Source of the DNA: Spirochaetota bacterium
Lineage (GTDB): Bacteria > Spirochaetota > UBA4802 > UBA5550
Assembly (NCBI GenBank): GCA_036821145.1
Contig: DAISJZ010000001.1
Span: 87,636 to 151,635, forward strand
Direction of reading: 5' to 3'
DNA length: 64,000 nucleotides
A program made the translations under genes and the position numbers. The first letter of the stretch is position 1, and every line of letters starts with the position of its first letter. Positions 27,977 through 38,043 of the stretch are shown one piece after another. Below the pieces are notes generated by a model that searched no databases, was not told where the DNA came from, and saw only the letters and a list, made by a program, of their open reading frames with translations.

Positions 27977-29713
27977 ATGATTATTAAAAAAACAGCTATT
28001 CTTTTAACAATATCATTTATATTGTTAAGCAGTCTCATGGTTGATAATGTCAACGGACAGGTAAGCAAAAAGCATAAAGAGAAAAGCTTTTCATTAAATT
28101 TCAATGATGTTGAAATTTCTGAATTCCTCAATGTTATGAGCCAGCTTTTAGGAAAGAATATTATTCTTAGCGATAAAGTTAAAGGGAAGATTTCAATCAG
28201 TTCTGCGAAAAAGGTACCGCTTGAGGAAGCTTTTGATTTAATGAAATCAATTCTGGAGATTAAAGGTTTTGCAGTTATTGAAACAGCAAATCTTATTAAA
28301 ATTGTTCCTGTGAAAGACGCTGTACAAAAAAATATTGAAGTAATAGTTGATGGGGACAAGGTCAAACTTGAAGATGAAAATGCAGTAACATATCTGCTTG
28401 AAATAAATTATGCAGATGCAAATGAATTAGCCGCTGTTCTTAAAACACTTAAATCACCAGATGCTGATATAGTTGTTTATAGAACACTGAATATGTTGAT
28501 TTTAAGCGGACATGGCAGTGAAATAAACGGATTGATTAAAGTAGCAAGATCTTTAGACAAAAAACCGGCGGGTACTGATTCCGGAGATACATTTGTAGAC
28601 GAAGGTGCGACAATTCATGTTGTTCATCTTGAGAATGCAGATGCAACAGGATTGGCAGAAGTTCTTTCAAGAATACCATTCTCACAATATGCTGTTGTTA
28701 ACACACAGCCTATTCAAAAACAAACAGCCGACCCTAAAGGAAAAGTTACAAGCGGTACCACTCAGGCCGGTCAACAACCCAAATTATCAATTATTCCGAA
28801 CAAAGAAACAAATTCTCTTATAATTAATGCTTCAGGAGCAGAATTCAGAGAGATCAATAAAATAATAAAACAGCTCGACATGGTGAGGCCGCAGGTTCTC
28901 ATCGAAGCAATAGTTGTTGAAGTTGACGCTTCTTCCAATTGGGGCCTTGGAATAAACTGGGATATGGGAGGCCAGAAAGGAACAAATTTATTTGGCGGTT
29001 CATCAGGAATGGGAGGGGTACCGAGTTTCACTAATCCTACAGGATTAACCGACAAGACATTGGCTGTTCCTATCACTGCCAACACATTTACTCTCGGTTA
29101 TGTCCGCGATGCTTCTATTCTCGGTTTTGTCCTTCTTAATGCAACCGGACAGGAACAGTCAATAAATGTGCTTTCAACACCTCACATCCTGACAATTGAC
29201 AATCAGGAGGCTGAGATTAATGTCGGTGAGGAGATCGCCATTACAACCAATACACGTGTTACAGAGAGCGACAGCATTTATTATACTTATGAGTATAAAC
29301 CCGTGGGTCTCAAACTGAAAATCACTCCTCATATAACAAATGGGGAACGCATTACCATGGATTTTTTTCTGGAAGCAAATTCGGTTCTTGACCAGACTTC
29401 TACAGCAACGACAAAACCGCCCGACCTTGGTAAAAGAGATATGAAAACTAAAATCTCAGTGCATGACGGCATGACTGTTGTTGTAGGGGGGCTCATACGC
29501 AGTTCAAAGAAAGAGACTGAATATAAAGTCCCGATTCTTGGAGATATCCCTCTGCTTGGCTGGTTCTTCAAAAACAAAAGTAAAGAGGATGAGAAAACCA
29601 ATCTTCTTGTTTTTATTACTCCAAGAGTTGTAACTGACCCTGAAAAAATAAAGAAGATCACTGAAGAAAAAGAACAGGCAATTAAAAAAATGCAGGAAGA
29701 AAAAAAGAACTAA
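27977..29713 (+). CDS. gspD: Type II secretion secretin D
   Basis: SLNFNDVEISEF N0 domain, QVLIEAIVVEV, LSTPHILTIDNQEAEINVG, VPILGDIPLLGWFFK, NLLVFITPRV. Confidence 0.96.
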   Translation: MIIKKTAILLTISFILLSSLMVDNVNGQVSKKHKEKSFSLNFNDVEISEFLNVMSQLLGKNIILSDKVKGKISISSAKKVPLEEAFDLMKSILEIKGFAVIETANLIKIVPVKDAVQKNIEVIVDGDKVKLEDENAVTYLLEINYADANELAAVLKTLKSPDADIVVYRTLNMLILSGHGSEINGLIKVARSLDKKPAGTDSGDTFVDEGATIHVVHLENADATGLAEVLSRIPFSQYAVVNTQPIQKQTADPKGKVTSGTTQAGQQPKLSIIPNKETNSLIINASGAEFREINKIIKQLDMVRPQVLIEAIVVEVDASSNWGLGINWDMGGQKGTNLFGGSSGMGGVPSFTNPTGLTDKTLAVPITANTFTLGYVRDASILGFVLLNATGQEQSINVLSTPHILTIDNQEAEINVGEEIAITTNTRVTESDSIYYTYEYKPVGLKLKITPHITNGERITMDFFLEANSVLDQTSTATTKPPDLGKRDMKTKISVHDGMTVVVGGLIRSSKKETEYKVPILGDIPLLGWFFKNKSKEDEKTNLLVFITPRVVTDPEKIKKITEEKEQAIKKMQEEKKN

Positions 29714-29719
29714 CAGTTT

Positions 29720-31420
29720 ATGAAGATTCGGAATAAAAAACAGATCGGTAAAATTCTCATTGATAAAGGGAAAATTACGCCTGAACAGCTTCAGGAGGCC
29801 CTTCTTCAGCAGCAGGGAACGGATACTAAAATCGGTCAGATACTTATAAAGAAAAATGCCGTTTCTGAAACCGATCTCCTTGATGCCCTTTCTTTTCAAT
29901 ACGGCATTGAATATAAAAGCCATCTGGAATTTTCAGATAATAATGATCTTTTCAAAAAAATCCCTGCTGCTTTCCTGAAGAATAACCTGATGGTACCATT
30001 TAAAGTGGTAAAAAGCAGAATTTCTATTGCAACTTCTGATATTTTTAAAATTCAGCCCATTGACGATCTTAAGCAGATGTTCCCTGGTTACACAACAGAG
30101 ATTTTTTTATCCGGTGAAAATGAAATCTTAAGAATAATTACTTCACATTTTGAAGGTGCCTCAGCAGCCACAACAAGTGAATTGATTGAGGATCTCGAAG
30201 AATCTGATTTTGAGATACTCTCAAGAACATCAACTGAAACTGCAGAGATACTTGATACGGTTAATGATGCCCCGATAATCAGGCTTGTTAATACAATCAT
30301 CAGGCAGGCTGTCAACGATAAAGCCAGTGATATACACTTCGAAATATATGAAAAGGAACTGGTTGTACGGTTCAGGATAGATGGAATCCTTTATAAAATG
30401 TTTACCCCGCCAAAAAAATTTCAGGACTCCATAATTTCCCGTGTCAAAATTATGGCAAACCTGAATATAGCGGAAAACAGGCTACCTCAGGATGGCAGGA
30501 TACAGGTAAAAGTCAGCGGTAAAGAGATTGATATAAGGGTATCTGTCTTCCCTACTCAGTTCGGGGAGAGAATAGTACTCAGGCTTCTTAATAAATCAGA
30601 CATGAGTTTTGATCTGAATACAATCGGTTTCTCAGATGAAGCCCTTAAAAAATTCAACAGTCTGATTGATATAACTCATGGAATAATACTTGTAACAGGT
30701 CCCACCGGAAGTGGTAAAAGCACTACCCTGTATGGAGTGCTGAGCAGACTTAATACTGATAATGTAAATATTCTCACTGTAGAAGATCCTATAGAATACC
30801 AGATTCAGGGGATAGGCCAGATGCAGATTAAACCTAAAATCGGCCTTACCTTCTCTACAGGACTCAGGTCAATATTAAGGCAGGACCCTGATATTGTTAT
30901 GATTGGCGAGATAAGGGACACTGAAACAGCTGAAATTGCCGTACAGGCAGCACTTACTGGCCACAGGGTTTTTTCCACTCTCCATACAAATGACGCAGCT
31001 TCAGGAGTAACAAGGCTTGTTGATATGGGTGTTGAGCCCTACCTGATATCTTCATCTGTTAATGCTTTTCTCGCGCAGAGACTTGTCAGAAAAATTTGTC
31101 CCCATTGCATAACATCTTACAAACCGGCTCAGCAGGAACTCACTCGCGGCGGTCTGACAAAAGCTAAATTAAAAAAAGATAGTCTTTATAAAGGGAAAGG
31201 CTGTGAAAAGTGTCTTAATACAGGTTATTCAGGACGATTGGGAATTTTTGAACTTATGCCTGTAACAGATGGCATAAGAAAGCTGATAATGTCAGGGGCT
31301 GATGCTTCAACTATCAAAGATCTTGCAATAAAAGAAGGTATGAAGACTCTTCTCCAGGATGGAATTGAAAAAGTCGTAAGAGGTCTTACTACACTTGAAG
31401 AAGTTTTAAGAGTAAGCTGA
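29720..31420 (+). CDS. gspE: Type II secretion ATPase E
   Basis: ASDIHFE, RLPQDGR, GPTGSGKST, TVEDPIEY, LRQDPD, STLHTNDA, CPHC/CEKC zinc site. Confidence 0.96.
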   Translation: MKIRNKKQIGKILIDKGKITPEQLQEALLQQQGTDTKIGQILIKKNAVSETDLLDALSFQYGIEYKSHLEFSDNNDLFKKIPAAFLKNNLMVPFKVVKSRISIATSDIFKIQPIDDLKQMFPGYTTEIFLSGENEILRIITSHFEGASAATTSELIEDLEESDFEILSRTSTETAEILDTVNDAPIIRLVNTIIRQAVNDKASDIHFEIYEKELVVRFRIDGILYKMFTPPKKFQDSIISRVKIMANLNIAENRLPQDGRIQVKVSGKEIDIRVSVFPTQFGERIVLRLLNKSDMSFDLNTIGFSDEALKKFNSLIDITHGIILVTGPTGSGKSTTLYGVLSRLNTDNVNILTVEDPIEYQIQGIGQMQIKPKIGLTFSTGLRSILRQDPDIVMIGEIRDTETAEIAVQAALTGHRVFSTLHTNDAASGVTRLVDMGVEPYLISSSVNAFLAQRLVRKICPHCITSYKPAQQELTRGGLTKAKLKKDSLYKGKGCEKCLNTGYSGRLGIFELMPVTDGIRKLIMSGADASTIKDLAIKEGMKTLLQDGIEKVVRGLTTLEEVLRVS

Positions 31421-31433
31421 GGTTGGATTATCA

Positions 31434-32675
31434 ATGCTTTACTACTACAGAGCTCTTAACAGTAACGGGGATCAGGTTTCAGATATAATCGATGCGCCAA
31501 ATGAATCATCGGCCAGGCAGAATATCCGTAAAAAAGGCCTCTATGTAATTTCAATATCTGATAAATCAACTGATACTAAACATGGCGGCAATGTCCATTT
31601 AAAAAAAATTGCTGATTCAATAGTAGAGCGCCTTAACAGAAGTGCTGCGAAAAAACAGGTGGGTCTTTTTTCACGGCAGCTTGCAACCCTCCTGAAAGCA
31701 GGGATGCCCCTGATGACTGCCCTTACAGATATTATTGAACAGATTGATAATAAAACTTTTCGCGGTGCTATTATTGATGTTAAACAGAAAATTGAAGAGG
31801 GATATTCATTCTCAAATGCCCTTCTCAATCACCGGGAGCTCTTTTCTGAACTTTATATCAATATGATCCGTGTCGGTGAAAACCTCGGCTCCCTTGATGA
31901 AGTAATTGCAAGACTTGCAGAAATGGAGGAGAAGAACAATCTCCTTAAAAACCGCATAAGAGCAGCACTCTGGTATCCGGCATTCATGCTGATATTTTCA
32001 TCCATAATTGTAATTTTTCTAATGGTGAATATCATCCCCACGATTTCTGAAATTTTTACAGAGCAGAATCGTGATCTCCCCCTTCCGACAAAAGTAATTA
32101 TCGGTATGAGTAATTTCCTCAGTACCTTCTGGTTTTTAATCCCGATTTTTGCCATTCTTATTTATTATCTTTACAGAAGATATGTATCAACAGAGGAAGG
32201 AAGAAGAAAAATGGATGAAATCCTGATGAAACTACCCCTTGTCAGCAGGCTTTATAATAAAATAATCGTTTACAGGTTTACATTTAACATGGGAGTGCTT
32301 CTTTCCAATAAAGTTGATCTCCTGAAATCTTTCGAAATTGTGAAAAAAATTATAAATAATGTAATTGTAGAAGAAAAAATTGAAAGTGCTTCAAAGAAAG
32401 TTCAGGAGGGTGCTTCAATTTCCCAATCTTTAAAAAAGCATGAGTTTCTTCCAAGGCTTGTTATAGGAATGATTGCTGCAGGTGAAGCAAGCGACAAGGT
32501 TGATGAAATGCTTGTTAATATTGGTAACGTGTATGAAAATGAAATAGATATGGTAGTTACAAGTCTTACCGGTATGATAGAACCGCTAATAATTATAATG
32601 ATGGGTATAATAATTGGAATTATTGTACTTTCGGTAATGATGCCGATTATGGAAATGAACCTTATGGTTCAGTAA
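31434..32675 (+). CDS. gspF: Type II secretion inner membrane protein F
   Basis: FSRQLATLLKAGMPL, GENLGSLD, ALWYPAF, GEASDKVDEML, IEPLII. Confidence 0.95.
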   Translation: MLYYYRALNSNGDQVSDIIDAPNESSARQNIRKKGLYVISISDKSTDTKHGGNVHLKKIADSIVERLNRSAAKKQVGLFSRQLATLLKAGMPLMTALTDIIEQIDNKTFRGAIIDVKQKIEEGYSFSNALLNHRELFSELYINMIRVGENLGSLDEVIARLAEMEEKNNLLKNRIRAALWYPAFMLIFSSIIVIFLMVNIIPTISEIFTEQNRDLPLPTKVIIGMSNFLSTFWFLIPIFAILIYYLYRRYVSTEEGRRKMDEILMKLPLVSRLYNKIIVYRFTFNMGVLLSNKVDLLKSFEIVKKIINNVIVEEKIESASKKVQEGASISQSLKKHEFLPRLVIGMIAAGEASDKVDEMLVNIGNVYENEIDMVVTSLTGMIEPLIIIMMGIIIGIIVLSVMMPIMEMNLMVQ

Positions 32676-32700
32676 TTTTAAAAAAAATGCAGAGGTTTAT

Positions 32701-33126
32701 ATGATAATTTTAAAAACAAGATTAAAAATGTTATTAAGGCAAAGTGCCGGAAACGGTGGTTTCACATTGATTGAGCTTATGATAGTTATAGCAATTCTCG
32801 CAATACTTGGAGCGTTTGCAGTAAATACTTTCAAAGGCGTGATACCGAGTGCAAAAATAACAGCTGCCAAAACTGATATAAACAATTTCAGTTTATCGCT
32901 GGAGCAATATAATCTTCAAAACCAGAGATACCCATCATCAGAAGAAGGTCTTCAGAAACTTGTTACAGATGGTTATTTAAAAAGCAAACTTCTTGACCCA
33001 TGGAAAAATCCATACCAATACCGTTACCCCGGACAATTTGGTGACGCTCCGGAAATCTGGAGTTATGGTGCCGATGGTGTTGAAGGCGGTGAAGGCGATA
33101 ATGCTGATATAAAAAGCTGGGAATAA
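32701..33126 (+). CDS. gspG: Type II secretion major pseudopilin G
   Basis: G|FTLIE N-methylation site, RYPSSEEGL, DPWKNPYQY, SYGADG.EGGEG.NADI. Confidence 0.96.
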   Translation: MIILKTRLKMLLRQSAGNGGFTLIELMIVIAILAILGAFAVNTFKGVIPSAKITAAKTDINNFSLSLEQYNLQNQRYPSSEEGLQKLVTDGYLKSKLLDPWKNPYQYRYPGQFGDAPEIWSYGADGVEGGEGDNADIKSWE

Positions 33127-33129
33127 ACC

Positions 33130-33663
33130 TTGCGATCTTTATTTAATAACAGCGGGTTCACTCTTGTTGAACTGGTTGTTGTCATGGCTATTCTTGCCAT
33201 CATGAGTCTTGTTGCCCTGCCCAGAATTTCCGGGTTCATGGGAAACGAAAGGAAAGAATCAGCACTGTTTGAATCATACATTGCTGCGGTTGCCGATGAT
33301 TCCTTTGTAAACAGGAGGGATAATTTTCTTTGTATATCACTTAAAAAAGCCGGAGGAAATTCAGGAGAAGCTTTAAATGATAAATACAGAGAAAATTCTC
33401 TTACCTCTTATTTGTTTATCGAACAGAAATTTAAACAAAATGAAAAAAAGATACTTAAAACAAGGGACTTCAGCAGCAGCTTCACATTAAGCCAGGTAAT
33501 ATTTGAAGGAGGAATGACAGTATCAGAAGGTGTTGTTCTTATCCCCTTCTACTCCGATGGCACAAGTGAAAACTTTACGATCAGGATTATTTCCGAAGGG
33601 AAAGATATTTATCTGAGGAAAAACAGGGATGTTAAGATTGTACAGAAAACAGACAGAATCTGA
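33130..33663 (+). CDS. gspH: Minor pseudopilin H-like
   Basis: G|FTLVE prepilin motif, C-terminal FYSDGTS; operon position; TTG start. Confidence 0.8.
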   Translation: MRSLFNNSGFTLVELVVVMAILAIMSLVALPRISGFMGNERKESALFESYIAAVADDSFVNRRDNFLCISLKKAGGNSGEALNDKYRENSLTSYLFIEQKFKQNEKKILKTRDFSSSFTLSQVIFEGGMTVSEGVVLIPFYSDGTSENFTIRIISEGKDIYLRKNRDVKIVQKTDRI

Positions 33664-34042
33664 TCCTGAATCTGCAGGTAATGGCTTTGTACTCATTGAA
33701 GTCCTTATTGCTGTGACAATACTTTCAGTTGTACTTCTAAGCGTTTATTCCGGCATTTCATCAGGTATCAATATCATCAGCAATAGCCGAAATTATACAA
33801 CTGCCATGATGGCGGGAAAGTCACTTATGAATGAATTCAGAAGTAATAATATGAGAGGGGCGGATATGAAGGATGTCCCTGTTGAAGGATATCCCGATTT
33901 CAGATACGATAGAACAAGTGAAAGATATGACAACCCTTTGTTCGGCCCTTTACCTGTAAAAAAAACAGAAATTACAGTTAAATGGAAATATAAAGGGATA
34001 GAAAACAATTTCACTCTGCAATACATATATCAGTCACGGTGA
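33629..34042 (+). CDS. gspI: Minor pseudopilin I-like
   Basis: G|FVLIEVLIA prepilin motif; operon position. Confidence 0.8.
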   Translation: MLRLYRKQTESDPESAGNGFVLIEVLIAVTILSVVLLSVYSGISSGINIISNSRNYTTAMMAGKSLMNEFRSNNMRGADMKDVPVEGYPDFRYDRTSERYDNPLFGPLPVKKTEITVKWKYKGIENNFTLQYIYQSR

Positions 34043-34052
34043 CCTGCTTTTA

Positions 34053-34694
34053 ATGAAAAATATATATGACAATCGCGGTTTTACATTAATTGAAATGCTT
34101 GTTGCTGCAACAGTATCATCTGTAATTCTTTTAATGGTTTATACTGCATACAGTTCAGTTATTAAAAGTGTTAATTATGGAAGAACATTCTCTTCTTATT
34201 ACGAACGTCTTAATTTTGCCTTAAGGCGTATCGATACCGACATCTCAAATCTTTACTGGAACAGCGAACAGAAAAATCTGAACTTTATCTGTAATTCAAA
34301 GAGCGGTTCCAGCATACTTAACTTTGTAACTGCGGAAAACAGAGAGCTGAAAATGCTTTACAACCTGAAGGATCAGGTTCCTGTCTCAGATGTGCATGAA
34401 GTCGGCTTCTACCTTAAAAAAAACAACGATAATGATTCCTTTGACCTGATACGAAGATGCAGCATCGGATATGATGATTCACCTGAAGAAGGGGGCAATG
34501 AGGAAACTCTTCTAAAAAACGTTAAATCTCTTAAGTTCGAATTTAAATACCGGAGCGACTGGACTCCGGAATGGGACTCACGGGAGACAAAAAGAATCCC
34601 ATCCGTAATAAAAACTGTTATTGAAGTTTACACTCCCTCAGCAAAAACAGATCTTTATGAATTCATTTCGTTACCTAATATTATGAGTGAATAG
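34053..34694 (+). CDS. gspJ: Minor pseudopilin J
   Basis: G|FTLIEMLVA; W..EWD....IPSVI C-terminal GspJ pattern. Confidence 0.85.
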   Translation: MKNIYDNRGFTLIEMLVAATVSSVILLMVYTAYSSVIKSVNYGRTFSSYYERLNFALRRIDTDISNLYWNSEQKNLNFICNSKSGSSILNFVTAENRELKMLYNLKDQVPVSDVHEVGFYLKKNNDNDSFDLIRRCSIGYDDSPEEGGNEETLLKNVKSLKFEFKYRSDWTPEWDSRETKRIPSVIKTVIEVYTPSAKTDLYEFISLPNIMSE

Positions 34695-35901
34695 CATGCT
34701 TTATAAATTTATACATAACTACAGGAAACGAAAACTTCTGATTGAAAATAATGGCCTTAAATCATATCTTATAAATGACAAAGGATACATTCTGCTGATT
34801 GTTCTGATGATTTCAGCATTTCTGGTTTCTTTTACATCTGATTTTTTTCTTACAACTCATACTTATATTTCATATATTAAAAGATTGAAAAATGACATTA
34901 ATTCAGAATTTCTCACTTATTCAGGTTATGAAATTGCTAAAGCAATTCTTGATGTTGACCGGCTTGGTATTAGCGGTTCATTCATGCCCGGCCTAAACAG
35001 CAACAAAAGCATAGATTGCCATAAGGATATATGGGCACTCGATTTCCCGGCAATACCTGTTATGGATTATCAGGTAAAAGTCGAAATTGTTGATGAAAAT
35101 TCAAAGATTAATGTAAGTGCCCTGGCAAATGATAAAGTTGAAAAAACTCCCTATTACGGTGTACTTCAGCGTTTTCTTATGAATATGGGACTTTCTCTGG
35201 ATATATCTGACGCTCTTGTTGACTGGGTTGATCCAGACGATATCAGGTTTCCTTACGGAGCTGAATCCTCCGGTTATTATTATAATCTTACACCATCATA
35301 TTCTGCCAAAAATGGAAGACTTGACAGTATCAGCGAAATTCTTCTTGTTAAAGGGATATCACCTGAAATTTATTACGGAATAGGGGGCGGAAATTACGGT
35401 ATTGAAAAAAATCTGGTTGATGATAATAAGGGAGATGTTACAATACCCCTCTATAAGCTGGAGGAGATGACAGCATCATCCGTAAAAAAGGATGACATCA
35501 AAAGTATTACCAGTGATGCTGAAAGGCCCGTAGGTAAAGAACGCAGCCGTCTTTTGTCAGATTACCTGACAGCTTACGGAAACTGGGATGATTTTATTGA
35601 TGAAAGCAACCGGATTAATATTAATACTGCAAGTTTCAGGGTACTGTCATCCTTATCGGATGATTTTTCAGAAGAGATTGCAGCGGATATAATAAGAAAA
35701 CGGCATCTTGAACCTTTTACAGCAGCCAGTGAAATAAGTTCATTCGTTAAGGACTATGATAGTCTGGCAAATATTCTAACTGTAAAATCCCGGATTTTCA
35801 GGATTACTGTTACAGTAAAAAACGACAACAGTTACTGCAGGGGAGTATATTATTTTAACAGGGATGATAAAAAACTCCTGTATTGCTCAATGGGACATTA
35901 A
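34687..35901 (+). CDS. gspK: Minor pseudopilin K
   Basis: G|YILLIVL, DENSKIN, DWVDPDD, KNGRLDSISEILLVKG, ININTAS. Confidence 0.92.
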   Translation: MNSMLYKFIHNYRKRKLLIENNGLKSYLINDKGYILLIVLMISAFLVSFTSDFFLTTHTYISYIKRLKNDINSEFLTYSGYEIAKAILDVDRLGISGSFMPGLNSNKSIDCHKDIWALDFPAIPVMDYQVKVEIVDENSKINVSALANDKVEKTPYYGVLQRFLMNMGLSLDISDALVDWVDPDDIRFPYGAESSGYYYNLTPSYSAKNGRLDSISEILLVKGISPEIYYGIGGGNYGIEKNLVDDNKGDVTIPLYKLEEMTASSVKKDDIKSITSDAERPVGKERSRLLSDYLTAYGNWDDFIDESNRININTASFRVLSSLSDDFSEEIAADIIRKRHLEPFTAASEISSFVKDYDSLANILTVKSRIFRITVTVKNDNSYCRGVYYFNRDDKKLLYCSMGH

Positions 35902-37517
35902 GAGGTAAATCATTGTTTGATAATATTGCTTCAATTGATGCCGGATATTCTTCAGTTAAACTGATAAAGGCAAAAAGAGGTATTCGTAATTTTGAAATCA
36001 TTTCTGTTTCAATAGAGGAATATGATCTTGATCTATTTTTAAATGACAGCAATTCTGCTGTTACAGAGGCTATTCAACGTATAATTGAACGTGAAGATTT
36101 ATCCGAATTTATAATTATTACCACTTTCCCCTCTGACAAAGTATTATTCAGAAATATATCATTCCCCTTCAGCGACCCGTCTAAAATTGCGGATATAATA
36201 AGATATGAAGCTGTAGAGAGTATCCCGTATCCGATTGAGAAAGTCTCACTTACTTTCCAGATGCTCCCCGTTAATGCAGATGCCGGACGAAGTGTAATAC
36301 TTTCAGCATTAACGAAAGAATCGATAGAAGAAAAAATCAGCAATATGAATGTATGCGGAATATCACCTCAATTCGGCGGACTTGAATCCAATGCTCATCT
36401 GCGCTGCTACGAATATTTCAACTCTGTAAATAATGAAAATGTTCTGGTAATAGATCTTGGACACAAAAAAACAGTTATTGATATTATTTCAGACAGTGCT
36501 CTGGTTTTTACGCGTTCTATTAATTACGGGATATCTGATCTTATAGCTTATATTTCAGAAACGCTTAAAATTTCAATGAACGAAGCAAGAAAAACACTCA
36601 TAGATCTTGATCTTGATTTATCATCATTCGATACTTTTATAAGCAGCGATTGTTTCAAAAGATCAGGTATTTCCAGACCTAAAATGAAAAAAATTCATGA
36701 ATATGCATGCGATGTTATAAACCGGATTGTTGAGGAAATATCTCTAACAATTAAAGCAGGCAGTTCATTTAACGAGTATATTGAATTCAGCAGAATAATT
36801 ATGACCGGAGGCGGTTCCAATCTCCGGGGTATTTCTAAAATCCTTAGTGATGAGACCGGTATCCCCGTAGTTTTTATGCCTTTTTTAAACGGATACCCTG
36901 ACACCGATATCAGGAGCCGGTGTTCAGTGTCCCTCGGTAATATACTTGTTTTTATGAATCACAGGAACGATTCAGTTAATTTTTTACAGGGCGAATTCAG
37001 TGCCGGTAAGACATCGGATTCTTCGAAGAGATATCTTCTCCCTGCAGTATTCATAATTCTGGCAATTGCTGTTTTTATTATCAATATATTTATAACTTTT
37101 ATACAGGTAACAAGAAGTCAATCCTATACCGATGATATTCTGAAACAGAAGTATAAAAGATATTTCGGCTCTCAGACACTCCCCGCAGATCCTGTCAGGG
37201 AGGCAACTATGCTAATCCAGAAGGAACAGAAAGAACTCAAAGTATTAAGGGAACTTATCGGCAACGAGGAGCCTTTCATACCGGTATTAAACCTGATCAC
37301 GGACAGCTTCCAGGGAGCTGAAGGTTTTGATATCAGAAAACTTAATTTCGATGGTAAAAGTATTTCTATTGAAGGAGAAACAGCTAAATCATCAGATCTC
37401 GAAAATTTCAAAAAAAACCTCCTTGATTCCGGAGAATTCGAATCTGTATCCCTTAATATCAGGGATACGAGTAAAAGCAGGAATCTATTTACAATGACAA
37501 TAACAAAGAAATTATAA
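35883..37517 (+). CDS. gspL: Type II secretion protein L (PilM-like actin domain plus TM and PilN-like tail)
   Basis: IDAGYSSVK, IDLGHKKT, MTGGGS actin-fold motifs; TM near residue 385; operon position between gspK and gspM. Confidence 0.82.
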   Translation: MLNGTLRGKSLFDNIASIDAGYSSVKLIKAKRGIRNFEIISVSIEEYDLDLFLNDSNSAVTEAIQRIIEREDLSEFIIITTFPSDKVLFRNISFPFSDPSKIADIIRYEAVESIPYPIEKVSLTFQMLPVNADAGRSVILSALTKESIEEKISNMNVCGISPQFGGLESNAHLRCYEYFNSVNNENVLVIDLGHKKTVIDIISDSALVFTRSINYGISDLIAYISETLKISMNEARKTLIDLDLDLSSFDTFISSDCFKRSGISRPKMKKIHEYACDVINRIVEEISLTIKAGSSFNEYIEFSRIIMTGGGSNLRGISKILSDETGIPVVFMPFLNGYPDTDIRSRCSVSLGNILVFMNHRNDSVNFLQGEFSAGKTSDSSKRYLLPAVFIILAIAVFIINIFITFIQVTRSQSYTDDILKQKYKRYFGSQTLPADPVREATMLIQKEQKELKVLRELIGNEEPFIPVLNLITDSFQGAEGFDIRKLNFDGKSISIEGETAKSSDLENFKKNLLDSGEFESVSLNIRDTSKSRNLFTMTITKKL

Positions 37518-37527
37518 GAAGGTTTAC

Positions 37528-38043
37528 ATGATAAATCTAAGCAGAAGAGAAAAACGCCTTTTAATGCTCCTCGCATTGATTATCATTACAGGTGTTTTAT
37601 ACTTTTTTATAATTAAACCTGTCTCAGATTTTAAAAAACAGGCGGATAATTCTTATGAAAGAAATATGGCAAGGCTCAATAAACTTGAAGAATTAAACAA
37701 TGATTACAGAGATATTCTTGCTGAAAAAAGCAGACTGAACGCAGCTGCTCCGGATGGTAAAGGTATTGCACCTCTTGTTGATGAAATTGCCGGTTCTCTG
37801 AATATCTCCGGCAATAAAACTTATCTAAGAGAGAACCCGGGTGTTATACAAAACGGAATTCAGAAAATAACAACCGAGATTAAATTTGAAGGTATACCAA
37901 TATCATCTCTTCTTGAGTTTATAAATCGCCTGGAAAATTCCAATTCAACCCTTAAAATAAAAAATATTTTAATAAATTCGGGTATAAAAGAACGAAGCAG
38001 ATATGACGCTATTCTAACAGTTGTGAGCCTGACAAAGAGATGA
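37528..38043 (+). CDS. gspM: Type II secretion protein M
   Basis: LSRREKRLL-TM-coiled coil-ferredoxin-like IKFEGIPISSLLEFI. Confidence 0.85.
   Translation: MINLSRREKRLLMLLALIIITGVLYFFIIKPVSDFKKQADNSYERNMARLNKLEELNNDYRDILAEKSRLNAAAPDGKGIAPLVDEIAGSLNISGNKTYLRENPGVIQNGIQKITTEIKFEGIPISSLLEFINRLENSNSTLKIKNILINSGIKERSRYDAILTVVSLTKR

Noticed and set aside
27793-28365. 190-aa minus-strand ORF
   Set aside because: Antisense shadow of gspC/gspD with no motifs.
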